From Squalus acanthias (taxonomy: Eukaryota): 64,000 bases of DNA. The notes beneath the pieces were generated by a model. That model was not told the origin of the DNA and ran no database searches. It saw only the letters and a program-made list of their open reading frames with translations. The translations under genes and the position numbers were made by a program. The stretch is from NCBI GenBank assembly GCA_030390025.1, contig CM059433.1, forward strand, positions 17,424,001 to 17,488,000, in the 5' to 3' direction. This document shows, in pieces, positions 13,622 to 26,125 of this stretch. The stretch's first letter is position 1. Each line of letters opens with the position of its first letter.

Positions 13622-14223
13622 GGGGGAAAAATTCGGATGCTTTGCGCCTCCCGTTAGCGCCCTAAGAGGGCTCTAATGGGGCGCAAAGCAACTAGCGCCC
13701 GGGCGTGGCGCCGCCCACGCCTCCCGCAAAATTCAGCAGGAGGTTAGCGGCGGTGGTAACCGTTAGTGCCCCGTGGCGCTGCGCCGCCGGTGATGACGTC
13801 ATCGGCGTGCGCAGCGCCCCGCTCGCGCCCCGGCTGCAATCTCCGGTATCACCCCCTGACTTAGCGCCGGACGCTATGTCCGACGGGGTCAGGAAGGGCC
13901 TACCTGTGGCCGGGGCGGCGCTAATTAAAGGCGAGGTGCCGGGCGGCCATTTTTGTTGCTGGCCGCCTGCCAGCACCTGCCCCCGTTGCCGTTCCCCGGC
14001 CTCCTCAGCAGCCACCCCGCAGAGTGCCGGCTGCGTTCCGTGAGCCCGGCACTCCTTTTGAGTGCCGGGCTCTTTTGCCGGCACTTCGATCCCCGGTGGC
14101 CCAGCTTCCAGTAGCAGCCCGCTTCCCCCTTGGGGCGCTACCAATGAATTTCGGCCGTGGGGGTGCTAATTTTTTTGGGGCGAAGTTAGCACCCCAAACG
14201 GGGTGCCACTCAATTTTTCCCCC
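13622..14223. mobile_element. GC-rich Harbinger-type MITE
   Basis: Perfect 12-bp TIR gggggaaaaatt / aatttttccccc and TSD TAA. Related to 20938-21694 and 40528-41104. Confidence 0.92.
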
Positions 14224-15436
14224 TAAGTGTTTATATGTTATATTCATTTATCTGTTGTCTTTTTATATATATAATTACAGTATTGTTTTATTATGTTTTA
14301 TATAACAATTTACAATATTGGAATTAATCATCCATTGAATATTTAATGTTATAATATTTATTCATCTATTGGGTAATTATATAACAATTTATAATATTGG
14401 AATAATTAGACATGTTTTCCATCATGGTCCAAGGGTCTGATTGATCCATGCTAACCACTTGATTATGCATTATCACTCCTTATCTGAAGCCAATCCCTGA
14501 ACTCCTGATCCTATTATTCTGGGGTCGGTTCTAGGACCACTGCTTTTCTTGATATATATTAATGACTTGGACATGGGTGTACAGGGCACAATTTCAAAAT
14601 TTGCAGATGACACAAAACTTGGAAGTATAGTGAACAGTGAGGAGGAGAGTGATAGACTTCAGGAAGACAAAAACAGGCTGGTGAAATGGGTGGACACGTG
14701 GCAGATGAAATTTAACGCAGAAAAGAGTGAAGATACATTTTGGTAGAAAAAATGAGGAGAGGACATATAAACTAAATGGTACAATCCTGAAGTGGGTGCA
14801 TGAACAGAGAGACCTGGGGGTATGTGTGCACAAATCGTTGAAGGTGGCAGGGCAGGTTGAGAAAGCAGTTAAAAAGGCTTATGGGATCCTGTGTTTCATA
14901 AATAGAGGTATAGGGCTGGATTTTACCAGCCCTGAGGAGGTGGATTTGGAGGCATGCGAGTTGTTAAAATTGCCAAAAATGGTGGCCGGGCCCGATCCTT
15001 ATCCCGCCTCCGAGCAATTTTCCCAAATGCGTGTTTTCTGACTCCCTTTCCATCCCACCTCCAAGAGGCGGGATAGGCCCTTAAGGCCCTTAACAACCAC
15101 TTAATTGCTTCTATAATCCCATTTTGAGAGGCCTTTCCAATTTTTAGACATTCCCCCATCCTCCACGCCTCCTCTGGAACATGCCAGGTAATGCTGGCGG
15201 CCTCACAAGTGGATTGCTTACTCACAGCTGCAGCTCCACCATTACAAAGGAGTTTTCACCAATGATCATTTGCAGGTGGCAGAACTTTATTGTTTCAGGT
15301 CTGGGGGAAGTTTTAGCAGGCAAACTCAGTGTTGTAGAAGTTTGGAGCCTGACACCCATCTCCAGTGTGACCTCCTGGGAAACCCCTCTCCCCACCTTGA
15401 CTAAGCGCTTCTTCAACTGAGGCATATACCAGAAGC

Positions 15437-15631
15437 ATGGCGAGCATTTAATTCCTTTCCTCCTGGACATCAGATTCGGACGAAGACCAGCCGCGGCAGC
15501 AGCAGAACCATGAGCAACAGCAGGAGCGCCAAGCTGCTCGTCACCCACCTGAAGATGCACAGGCCAGAGGGCATGACAACATTGCTGCCCGGGATGCAAG
15601 GGACGCACTCATCCTGGCCAGATTTGCTTAG
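15437..15631 (+). pseudogene. Harbinger transposase remnant: N-terminus fused in frame to C-terminus, catalytic core deleted
   Basis: MASI*FLSSWTSDSDEDQPRQQQ...DAQARG|HDNIAARDARDALILARFA* matches both ends of the 3608-2385 transposase. Confidence 0.85.
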
Positions 15632-15889
15632 CCGACACAATCAAACACTTTAGTCTCGCTCCTTCTTACCAGAGCATCGACAATGGACAAGAACCTGCGG
15701 AATCATATCACTCTGACCAGCATTCTGACAATCGCAAGGCGCCCTCAGCCCTCAATGTGAAAGTCCCATTTGTAAAATGACACAGGCCACAACTTCAACA
15801 GTTTGCCATCAAAACACTTTATAATACAATCACAATGATGGCTGGTCCAAAAACAAAACAACACAGCACCCAAGTGACTACCCTTGTGA

Positions 15890-17832
15890 CTACTTGTGCT
15901 TTATCTTCCTCTTACGCGTGCTCCTACGTGGTGCTTCCCCTGTGGCTTCAGCAGATGTGGAGGCCCCTTGCTCATTTTCTTGCTGCTCCTGTCTCGACGC
16001 CTTTGGTGGGCGTCCTCTGGGGTGGCGAACCTGTGCGGGCTCGCCAACAGTCTGCTGCTCCTGCGGCTGTGCAGGGGCTGAGACGCCCATCTCAGTTGGG
16101 TGAGGACTCTGGTGGGGCTCTGACCGAGGGCTTTGCTGTGGCATGGTCGTGTGAGCACTTGGAGAGGAGCCCCCACTTCCTTGTTGTCTGCCACCAACAT
16201 CCCTCTCATGGGTCAGCCCCATTTCAGAGCTAGCAAGTGGCTTGACAGCACCTTGCTGCACTGCAGGGGGGCCATGAGGACCCGTTTCTACACTGGAGGT
16301 CCTACTCCAGAGGACTTGCATGAAGGTCTGGTTTGTTTGCTCAATAGCTGACCATCGCTCCTCAAGAGGTGTCATTCTATTCTGAACAATGACCATGTTT
16401 TCAATACCCTGGCGACTAAGCTCCTCCATGGACGTAGCCATCCTCTCCTCTACAGTAGCCAGCCTTACCATGGAGGCAGCCATCCTTTCCACGGTGATGC
16501 GTTCATGCGCCAATGCCTCCACAAAGGCTCTGCTCATGTTCGTGATGGACTCCTCCATTCGCTCCACACTCGCAGCGACCCTGGAGACAAAACCTGCCAG
16601 AGACTCCTGCACCTGTTCCTGGAGTTCCAGCACCACACTCCTTCTGGATGGACCCAGAGGCACAGGGTTGACATGCAGCGGAGCCGAGCTGGCAGAGTCC
16701 TGCGCCCTCCGACGAGGACTCTCCACTGCTGTACCTGTCTCCACCATCTGCTGATGCTCACTTGTGAGCTGATACACCAGATGACAACACTACTCTATCT
16801 CGCGAAGGTACCACCGAGGTGTGAGTGTCTGCACTGGTGCTGGGTGCTTTGAATTCTGCTGACTTCGCGCCCTCAGAGGTTGCAGCTTCCTCTGAGGTGT
16901 CTGGAGGCTCAGGCTGTTCCACCTGGATAGTGGGGACGGGGGCTTTCGATGGTCCTGTGGGGGAGTAATGGAAAGAGTTAGAGATGTGAGGCCAAGGTTA
17001 CATGCACATTGAATATTGCAGATGATCATAAGTCAATCTGTTAGAGCATCAGAATCATTATCAGTGACTCATGCTATGTCAATGAGAGAGATACCAAACT
17101 ATTCTGTCACCAGCTTGCTGTGATGCGCCCATCTGTCCGTCCCCCACTTGGGTATCCTCCTCGATCCCGGCGATTTCCAGGGCCGCCTCCTCCCAGGGGG
17201 TGAGCTGGGCTACTGAGGGTGGCCCTCCTCCTGTCATGGCTCTTTCCCTCTTATTGTGGGCTCTCTTTTCCTGCAATGAGGGACACAAGTGGAGTTTGAG
17301 TGAGAATGAAGGAGTGAGTGTAGTGAATGCATAGCATAGATGCTTAGAAGGATACATAGGACCCTCCCTGTGTGTTGTAAGTTGTTGTTGTCATGGCATC
17401 ACAGTGATAGGGAGTGTGAGGGCTGTATGGTCGAATAGTTAAATGAATGTGACCATAGAGAGAGAGAGAATGGGTAAGGGTGCAGGGATGTAAGTGTCAA
17501 GTGGCATGTGGAGGAAGAGCTTGACAAAGCAGAGTGTTGGTGAGGAGAGGCGATGGGGATCAGATTGAGGGTGATGGGAAAGTCATACTCACTTTTCCTG
17601 TGCGCAGAAGGTCATGGAACCTCTTCCTGCATTGCAGCCAGGTTCTGTGGCTCATCGAAATGGAGTTGACCTCCTGGGCCACTTGTAGCCACACAGCTTT
17701 TGTCTGCTGGGGTGGCTTTTTTCTCCCTGAGGAAGGGAACAGCACCTCCTTATTACATCTGGCTCCGTACACCAGAGCTTGGAGGGAGGGCTCATCAAAC
17801 CGAGGAGCACACTTTTGCTTGATCGTTGACAT
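15890..17832 (-). pseudogene. Harbinger Myb/SANT protein gene, three exons (17832-17593, 17270-17111, 16954-15890), one frameshift near 16777
   Basis: Exon 1 is the Myb-like domain and ends AAA|gtgagt. Exon 2 ttgcag|GAAAAG encodes EKRAHNKRERAMTGGGPP. Exon 3 ccacag|GACC encodes a coiled-coil-like region and a basic tail RRSTRKRKIKHK*. Splice phases are compatible. Confidence 0.88.
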
Positions 17833-19033
17833 TTTCAACAATTCAACTCCTTCATATAAATTGCAGAGCCTCTGCAGTCTCCAGGAGAATCAAGGCTGCT
17901 TGCAGGCCTTAAATCCAACAGCATTGATGACATCATCGGAGGCAACTTTCTGTGTGAAAAGACTCATTGGGCCAGTGGTTCCCACACGCAGGATATCAAT
18001 TGCCCAATTAGGGGAAAATCCCACTTTTTCAACACATCACTTAGGAGTCGGGGTCCTGACACGATTTCCACCTGACACGCCCCAGCCCGCCCACACTGAC
18101 AAAATCCAGCCCATAGAGTACAAAAGTGTGGAAATTATGATGAACCTGTATAAAACACTGGTTCAGCCCCAACTGGAGTACTGTGTCCAATTCTGGGCAC
18201 CACACTTTAGGAAGGATATGAAGGCCTTAGAGAAGGTGCAGAAAAGATTTACGAGAATGATTCCAGGAATGAGGGACTTCAGTTATGTTGATAGACTGGA
18301 GAAGCTTGGGTTGTTCTCCTTGGAGCAGAGAAGATTGGGAGGAGATTTGATAGAGGTGTTCAAAATCATGAGGGGTCTGGACAGAGTAGATCGAGGGAAA
18401 CTGTTCCCATTGGCAGAAGGGTCGAGAACCAGAGGACACAGATTTAAGGTGATTGGCAAAAGAACCAAAGGTGATGTAAGAAAAAACTTTTTTACATAGC
18501 GAGTGGTTAAGATTTGGAATGCACTGCCTGAAAGGGTGGTGGAGGCAGACCCAATCTTATCTTTCAAAAGGGAGTTGGATAAGTATCTGAAAGAAAAAAA
18601 ATTGTCGGGCAACGGGCAGGGGAGTGGGACTAGCTGAGAGTCAGCACGGGCTCGACGGGCTGAATGGCCTTCTTCCGTGCTGTAACCATTCTCTGATTCT
18701 AACATTGCTCTATCGCTCCCTAGTATTATAATACCCCATAACACGCAATATTACTTCAAAGTAGACCTCTAAAACAATTATTTGTACAACATGTTGCATT
18801 ACTGGCATGACAAGTTTGTGCTGGAAAGTATTAATATACCAAAGCGTGTAAATAAGGAAATCATTGCTTTTCACATACGCTATAAAAAAAAAGTCCTCTG
18901 TGGCTTTTAATTGAAGGGATTGAGTTGCCCCTGTGTTTGAACAGTGATTAAGTGGTCATTATGTATAACTCTTGCATTTGAAACAAAGTAGTGTTTCAGG
19001 GAACCCACACACTTGCATGACCCTAAACACCAT

Positions 19034-19902
19034 GGCCGGGATCTTACCTTAAGAGGCGCGTTGGGGGCGAGACTGCTGCCTTTCGGGTTCTAGTCCCGCC
19101 TCCAGCGACGTCCGATGCACAGACGCTATTTTGTGTCAATTGGCCTTGTTAAGCCCGCCCTGCCGGCTTGCCGGCCAATTAAGAGAAAGCCGGTGTCAGA
19201 TGACGTCAGTTGATGACGCGTCATCTGCCGGCTTTCTTAAAGGTGCCACCAACATTTCTTTTTGACAGATGATTTTATTCAGTGTTTGACAGCATTGAGG
19301 TGCTGCAAACACTGACAATCACTGTACAAAGGTGAGCCCTTGCACCCAGACTCTCCAGTGACTCTCTCCTTAGGCTAAAACAGATGGCAGCTGCAGGTGA
19401 GGTTACAGAAGCAATCTGTCACTGGTGAGAGAGGTTCTCCCAATGAGGTGGGACTACAGAAACACTTCAAAGCTTGTCACGTACAGAAAATTCTAAACAC
19501 ATTAAAAATGACTTTCCCAACATTTTCTTACCTCTGCAACCCACCAATGTCCCATTGGATCCTTCACACCACTTCTGCAGCTGTCATCTATACACAAACA
19601 TTACAGTAGACCCACAGCACGCCTCACTTACCCTGGCAGGGTTTCCCGACGTCGGGAAGCCCGCAGTAGAAGTGTCAAAATTGGAAAAAGCCTCTTAACT
19701 ACCTGGTAACAAGCAGTTAAGTTGGTATAATCCTCTTCCCGCCGCTAGGAGTTGGATCCCTGTGCAAATCGGGGACCCGACTCCCGGGAAGATTGATTGG
19801 AGGTGGGTTGGAAGCGGGTTCGGGACCCGCTGCCAATCTTTTTGATTTTGCCAGCAGTCCCGCCTCCAAACCCAACCCCTGAGCGCTGGCAAAATCGCAC
19901 CC
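19034..19902. mobile_element. Non-autonomous Harbinger element, same family as 8615-9484
   Basis: TIR-like ggccgggatctt / aaaatcgcaccc. The internal sequence is collinear with the 8615 copy. TSD is degraded. Confidence 0.88.
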
Positions 19903-20574
19903 CTGTGGCTCTGAAATTCCGTAAGTGTTTTCCCACCATATCTTCAGTAGGAGATTGGGAGAAGCCCTGTGGAAATTCCAGGCCCACCAGTGTGTTTCTT
20001 AGTAAAAAAAAAGCTTTTTCACTTAGCAATGAAGTGATTGACTGTTTTATTTTTGCAATGGTTGACCCTGATAGCTGAGTCTGTGCTGATATTTGAGCAC
20101 TTCCCATTGTGATCTGCTGGAGCACACAAATGTGACTGGCTTAATGTGTCAGTGCTTTGAGTCCCCTTCAAAAGTGCACTTTACCTGTCTTGTAAAGCAA
20201 AGCTGCACGTTGTTACGAAACCTAATTTTAAATGTACGCTCTCCTCCCAGGTGACTGTCGAGTTCTAATTTCCATCTTTTTAATAAGACAGTGCATGCCA
20301 TTTTTTTTCAAGCATTTCAATTGTGCCAATTTATTATGAGGTCTAACAAGGAGATCAAACGCAGAGCAGAAGGAAAAGAGCTCAGATTACTGCTTAAGGG
20401 GTGACACGACATTCTCCGCCTTGGACTGAATGCCGGGGTACTTTGAGAATTAGATCAGGGAGAGAACAAGTTAGGATACAGGAGATGGCCAGTGGGGAAA
20501 CAAAACCCATCATTTACGTCACAAGCAAGTGAAAACAATGTCGTGAAGGTGCTTAGCATCACCAGCTATTCATT

Positions 20575-22090
20575 GGGCCGTATTTTGCGGCCCCTATGGG
20601 TGCGTACGCGCCTATAGCGGCCGCGCAAGTTCCAGGTTTTCCTACGCGGAGCGCATGCGCGGTAACCCGGAACTTGCGATCTGTCAAAAATCTTCTTGAC
20701 AGATCCTCCGCATCCCCGGGAAATTGACATCCGCAGGCGGAGAGTTGGGCTATTTGCCCAACTTCTGCCCAGCGAATGCCCGTGAAATTCTTTACGCCCG
20801 GTAACAGCAGACATAGGTCCTGCTTTTGCCAGCGTAAGAGTTTAAATGAATATAAAAATAAAGTTTTTTGAATTATTGAAACATTAAAACACCTGTAAAA
20901 TAAGTTAAGATTATTTTTAGCCCCTTTAAAACGCTTAGGGCTAGAATTTCCCCTCGTGCCCCGTTTGGGGCGTTAAATCAGAAAAGCTGAAAAGTTAGCG
21001 CCAGGCGCTAACCTCTTCCATTCTTTCTAAAATTCCTACTTTTTGCTCCAAGAGGGAAGTGGAGCGCTAAATCAAGCACTCCACTGCCTTCTTGGAGCGC
21101 AAGAGGGGGGGAAGTTCGCGACCCGGGGTGATGTGCTCATCAGCACCACGCACTGGGCCAAGTGGCGCTGACGCGTTGGAGGGGCTCTTCCCTGAATTAA
21201 AGGGAAGGGCCCCACGCTGCGAACTCTGCAGTTTTTTTTTACTTACCTGCAGCACTGGGGAGCGGGGGTGCTGCGCGATCAGCCCAGCACTCAAGCAGAG
21301 TGCCGGGCTGACCAATTGCGGCACGGACCCCGCATCCAGAGCATAAAAAACATTTTTCAAAAAAGCCAGCATTTTTTTCAGGCAGCCGGCCACCTCACCT
21401 TTAACTTACGCCCCGCTAGCCAGCCAGCCGCCCTGCTCGGGTCCCCTGCAACAGTCGCTGACATCGGCCCGCGCTGCTTCAGGGGGCGAAGGGGAACTTT
21501 TCTACCGGGGTGATGTGCCCGGAGATGACGTCATCTCTGGGCGCATGAGATCAGGGCGCAACCCGATAGCGCCGCCGCTAACCTCCCGCGGAATTTGGCG
21601 GAAGGCGCGGTCAGCGCCACGTCCAGGCGAAAAGGCCTTTGCGTCCCATTAGCGCCCCCACACGGGAGGCGCAAAGGTGGGGAATTTCTCCCCCTTCATT
21701 TTTTGTTCTAAACATTTAATTTTTGTTTTAAATGTTTAATTGAATGCTATTTTAATTAATTTTAAATATGTAATTTTTTTTGTTTATTTGCTGTGTACAT
21801 GTATTTTTAGGGGTATCCCCATTCCTGCTTATGGGGATTCCGTATGTACCGATCCCCATAAGCATGAATGGGGATCCCTCTTCTTTCATTCGTTGGGCCA
21901 GCCCTCGTGATCCCAGGGGCGCTTGCGAACCGCATGCGCCCCTGGGATACGTGGGCCTCTGCCCGCGCGTACCCAGAGAGGCCCAGGACTACGAGTCTCC
22001 GTACCTCTTGGACTACCAGGTACGCGGGCATTTTATTTGCGGATCGGAGGCATTTCCCCGCGGGAAACCTCCGACTGCAAATTCAGGGCC
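20575..22090. mobile_element. Harbinger-type MITE (related to 727-1400, inverted) with nested MITE
   Basis: Imperfect TIR gggccgtattttgc / gcaaattcagggcc, TSD ATT (20572-20574, 22091-22093) and an AT-rich core. Confidence 0.8.
20938..21694. mobile_element. GC-rich Harbinger-type MITE nested in 20575-22090
   Basis: TIR gggctagaatttcccc / ggggaatttctccccc with flanks tta/ttc. Its reverse complement resembles the 13622 element. Confidence 0.82.
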
Positions 22091-22651
22091 ATTATCTCTG
22101 CTGAAATATTGCTCTGCGTTATACATGTTTATACACAGAGAAAGGTACATTGGTGATGCAATGGCAGCATTGTGTGGAAGTAGACATAAGGGCCTAGATA
22201 TATCGCATCAGCAGAATTGGGGCGCATCATCGGCACAACGGGACTTTTGCCTGCTACATGGCTGTGCCCTTGACCACAGCCTTGGGGAAACCGCCTTCCA
22301 TGGGGGTGGAGAATGAGCACTGCAGGCCTCTGAGACCTGATGACGTATTTCTGAATATCTTTTGTAATACACCTGCCCATACACACGCGGTCATATTGAA
22401 GGTCGTGGGGGGGAAATCCATTGGGTGTGAAATTGGACGGGGAAACAGAGGAGCGTGGCCTTGTCCTGCTCTCCTCCCTCTGGCCCCAGCATTGCTCAGA
22501 AATTGGCAGAGAGAGGATGGGAGATGCTGGTCATGGTGCTTCTAGTTTTATCAGAAGCCGGCTTAGACCACTGCCACGCTGATAATATGCTTTCTTTGCC
22601 CTTAAAACTATCATACTCCTGGGAATGTGTGTTGAGGTTCAACTCATTTTA

Positions 22652-23176
22652 AATGGAGTGACTGCTGCCAACGACCGGAAGCTGCAGAGAAGCGTACTGC
22701 TACATTAATCTGGAACCGGAAGCTTCTTTTCTTTTCCACAGAGCATTTTTCCTCACAGCCCCACCCCCCCCCCCCAGCACTTTTCCTCACAGCCCGCTCC
22801 TTCCTGGCACTTTTCTTCACAGCCCGCTCCCTCCTGGCACTTTTCCTCACAGCCCGCTCCTTCCCGGCACTTTTCCTCACAGCCCGCTCCTTCCCGGCAC
22901 TTTTCCTGACAGACCGCTCCCTCCTGGCATTTTTCCTCACAGCCCGCTCCTTCCCGGCACTTTTCCTCACAGCCCGCTCCCTCCTGGCATTTTTCCTCAC
23001 AGCCCGCTCTTTCCCGGCACTTTTCCTCACAGCCTGCTCCCTCCCGGCACTTTTCTTTACAGCCCGCTCCCACCCGGCATTTCAAATTTTTTTTTTAACG
23101 AACCCACTCCCTTGACGAACCGGCAGCGCGCATGCGTAGTCCGCTTCCGGTTTATTGGCAGCAGTCACGTCCCATT
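22652..23176. mobile_element. Small TIR element carrying a 30-bp minisatellite
   Basis: TIR aatggagtgactgctgccaa..accggaagc / gcttccggt..ttggcagcagtcacgtcccatt, with TTA on both flanks. Confidence 0.75.
22778..23082. repeat. 30-bp tandem repeat, about 10 copies (cacttttcctcacagcccgctccctcctgg)
   Basis: Exact 30-nt periodicity is visible in the sequence. Confidence 0.95.
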
Positions 23177-23209
23177 TTAAATGGTTTGAGAATTGTGTGG
23201 GGAAAAAAA

Positions 23210-23590
23210 GAAGTGGTATTTATATAGCACCTCATCACATCTCTCAGGACATCTCAATGTCCTTACATTAAACTGAATTACTTTGAAATGGAGTCACTGT
23301 TGCTAAGCAGGTGAATGTGAGCCATTTTGCACAGAGCAGGGTCCCACGAACACCAGTGAGGTGATTGATAGTTACTTTGATGGTGATGTTTGAGAGAGGA
23401 ATGTTGTCCAGCTGCTCTTTGAGTAGTGCCATGGGATCTTTAACGTCCCCCTGAGCAGGCAGATGAAGCCTTGGCTTAACATCTTCTAAATGATCAGCCT
23501 TATCGAAATTCTAGAGCGGGGCCTGAACCCCACAACTTTCTGACTCGTAGGTGAGTCAGCTGCCACTGAGCCAAGGCTGACACTTTAAGC
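23210..23590 (-). mobile_element. Degraded DeuSINE-like SINE
   Basis: Collinear with 41245-41600, with a tRNA-like head near 23520-23585. Confidence 0.65.
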
Positions 23591-23669
23591 TGTAGTGTGT
23601 CGAGAATTGTTCTGTTTTGATTTTTGTGTTTTTTCTCTCTCTTGCTGTTTTTTACCCTAGACAGTTGGA

Positions 23670-24260
23670 GTAATGTCGGTCTGGGTAGATTGGCAATGTT
23701 ATGCTCAGTTTTCCGTCCATCAAAAATCCTGCCAGGACAGACCAAATTTGTAAAATCGTGGCTCTGTATGTTAGCGGAGCAGGATAGGGATCAGCTGCTT
23801 TGCTCGGCAGATCTTTCACCGTTTCCACGCTTTGCTTCACAGGTCTCTCGGACTGCTTGTGATGTCTTGAAACCCTGTGAGCATTTGCAAATTTGGCAAA
23901 GCAGGCTGCTGAAAACTGCAGTCTGTTACCAGATGTAATGTTGTTCAGGAATGCTGTGTCGGGCACGGTTGGATTTCAGATGTTCCATCACATCCGATGT
24001 TGATTTTGCATTTCAAAAAGTAATCTACCAGAGAAATAAGTAATTGCATCCTCTCCACCGCAACAGGTATTTGCTGCTTTATGCCACCCACATGCAATCT
24101 GGCATCTCTGAGGGAATCAGGTTCTGTGTGGTTTCTGTAGATTTGCACCAGCACTGACAGTTCAGTAAGCAGGATACTTAACTGCTCAGTTCAGAACCAC
24201 AGACATTATTTGCACCTGGATCAGCATTTTAAGATTCCTCAATGACCTTAATACCGCAGA
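23670..24260 (-). mobile_element. Ancient Gypsy-like LTR retrotransposon integrase remnant
   Basis: ITSGNRLQFS...VETVKDLPSKAADPYPAPLTYRAT...LMDGKLSITLP, with upstream RNHTEP..LVDYF, resembles Gypsy integrase (SDNGPQF..TVK.LL.K..DPYLALL.YR.TP..LMGR.LRT.LP). Confidence 0.65.
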
Positions 24261-25189
24261 CGATTTACTGAGTGAAGAGGACATTCCCAGTTCTGGAAGG
24301 TAAATTGCTCGTTCATTGGGATCATGAGGCGCTTTGGGCTATTGCGATCTCCCGGAGCTTTACTTTGTTGTATTACTGAGTCAGAAAGGATTTTCCCACA
24401 GCTTTTCTTGAATTGGCCATAGGTATTTTTCTCTGTTTATTTGCCCCTCTCAGGAGATTGAATGGCTAAGGGGGCGTATCAGTGTACGGATTTGCATCGT
24501 GACAAGCTGCTGTGGCTTGATGGGCCTAATGCCCATCCTTTTTGTATGTTTGTATATGCTTAAAGCAGTGAGAATGAAGCACTGAAACCTGGAAATGGAT
24601 AATGAAAAGGCGGATGGAAAGGAAGCAGTGTATACTTGTTAGGGGAATCATATTTGTTGAGGAGAGGTACGAATTGGAACATTTCAGAGATAGTTGCTGG
24701 GATCAATACTGTTTCTAATTTACATCAAAATCAGTTTCAGAAATTTAGTGCAAATTGGTCTAGTTTGCAGATGATTCCAGTCCATGATGGTTGCATTGGA
24801 AGAAGCAGTCCGGGACTTACAACATGAGTTGAATAAAATCTAGAAGTGGGCACAATAGGTAAAATTTTATAGCAATAAATGCAAAGTAAGTGGAAGAAAA
24901 ACTGGGCAACATACATCATAAATGGAGCAGAAAAGGCTAACGGTGAAATTGAAAGGGATCTGTGAGTGTTCGTAGACTTGAAAGAAAGAAAGACTTGCAT
25001 TTATATAGCGCCTTTCACGACCACCGGATGTCTCAAAGCGCTTTATAGCCAAATAATTACTTTTTGAAGTGGAGTCACTGTTGTAATGTGGGAAACTTAA
25101 CCTCACTTGTTAATCACATCACGTGACTTGGCACTTAACATGTCAAGTGACTCTGAAGCAGCAAGCAATCAAACTGAGCAGGATACAGA

Positions 25190-25600
25190 ACGATGTTACT
25201 AATTCAATAGAGTGCAAGGCAGCGAATGTTATGCTGACAATGTACAGTACTCTGGTCATACCATACCTTGAGCGCCACGACCAATTTTGGTCATTAAGAC
25301 ACAAGGGAAACATTCAAGACCTGCAGGGCACCGAGAGGGACCACAAAACTAATCTCCAGGGTCAGTGGATTGAGCTATGAGGGAAGAGTGGAAGAACTGG
25401 GACTGTTTAGCCTTGAAAGAAGGTGACTGAGAGAGGACCTTATAGAATATACAACATCAAACAGTTTAGAAAATCACTACTTCAAGGTAAATCATAGCAA
25501 TAGGACAAGGACAATAGGTATAAACTGGTGCAAGGCGAAATCGGAACTGATGTCAGGAAGATTTTTTTCACAAAAGAAGTAATCAACAAGACTTTTGAAG
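25190..25600 (+). mobile_element. Highly degraded CR1 ORF2 3' fragment
   Basis: MYSTLVIPYLERHDQFWS motif, with collinear downstream sequence. Confidence 0.7.
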
Positions 25601-26125
25601 GTAGTTGCAGCAAAATAGATTTTTGCTGTGTTGAATTTTTGAGCTTATAATATTTTGGTATTGCGATATTCAGTATGGAAGGGGCTAACACCCAAAGTCA
25701 CACAGAGCAGCTTGTCAGCAGTAGCTATCAGCTCAAAGCAGACAGTTGTCTGGGGTAGGTGTTCTCGAGATGTGAATTTGTTTTGGTCCGCACAATGAGG
25801 GTCTGAGGTGTTAATTTTCCCTAAGTGGCATTGTCAGAGATGACTCCATTGTCCCACAGGAGCACCTGATTGAAGAATCAGTTTATTCTGTCCACACAGC
25901 ATAGATGTGGTGGGGAGGAGAGAGAGGAGGTGGGAGGGTAGGGGGAGAGAGTGGGGTGGAGAGGGAGAGGGGAGGAGAAGAGGGGGGTGGAAAAGGGCAA
26001 GGAGAGGGGTAGTGCTTTCGATTGGTAACTATTTCTGAGTAATTTGAAAAGAGTTCCTTGATTGACTGGAGCCCTCTGTGATTGACAGCTTGGTGGGCAG
26101 AAACTTTATCTCACAGACTTAAGAT

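Larger units (their letters stand above)
14913..18112. mobile_element. PIF/Harbinger transposon (full Myb gene, internally deleted transposase), opposite orientation to the 1689 copy
   Basis: Perfect TIR gggctggatttt / aaaatccagccc and TSD ATA (14910-14912, 18113-18115). The left end matches the reverse complement of the right end of 1689-4136. Confidence 0.95.
14519..18702 (+). mobile_element. 5'-truncated decayed CR1 LINE interrupted by a Harbinger
   Basis: YINDLD..KFADDTKL at 14549. It resumes at 18113 (EYKS..LYKTLVQPQLEYCVQFW) and has a tail near 18700. Confidence 0.92.

Noticed and set aside
17534..18499. 321-aa ORF
   Set aside because: It is the antisense of the Myb exon plus the TIR, running into the CR1 RT tail: a junction artefact.
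22778..23082. CRISPR-like array (also considered for 54925-55343)
   Set aside because: These are head-to-tail repeats without unique spacers, there are no cas genes, and the context is eukaryotic.
22644..23085. ORFs with 10-aa repeats (histone H1-like KSAGKERAVR; Cys-rich GAGCEEKC)
   Set aside because: They are translations of a 30-bp minisatellite inside a TIR element and are open in several frames.
23620..23940. Possible host exon after a strong polypyrimidine/TAG acceptor at 23660
   Set aside because: No recognisable protein on the plus strand; the minus strand is better explained as a Gypsy integrase relic.
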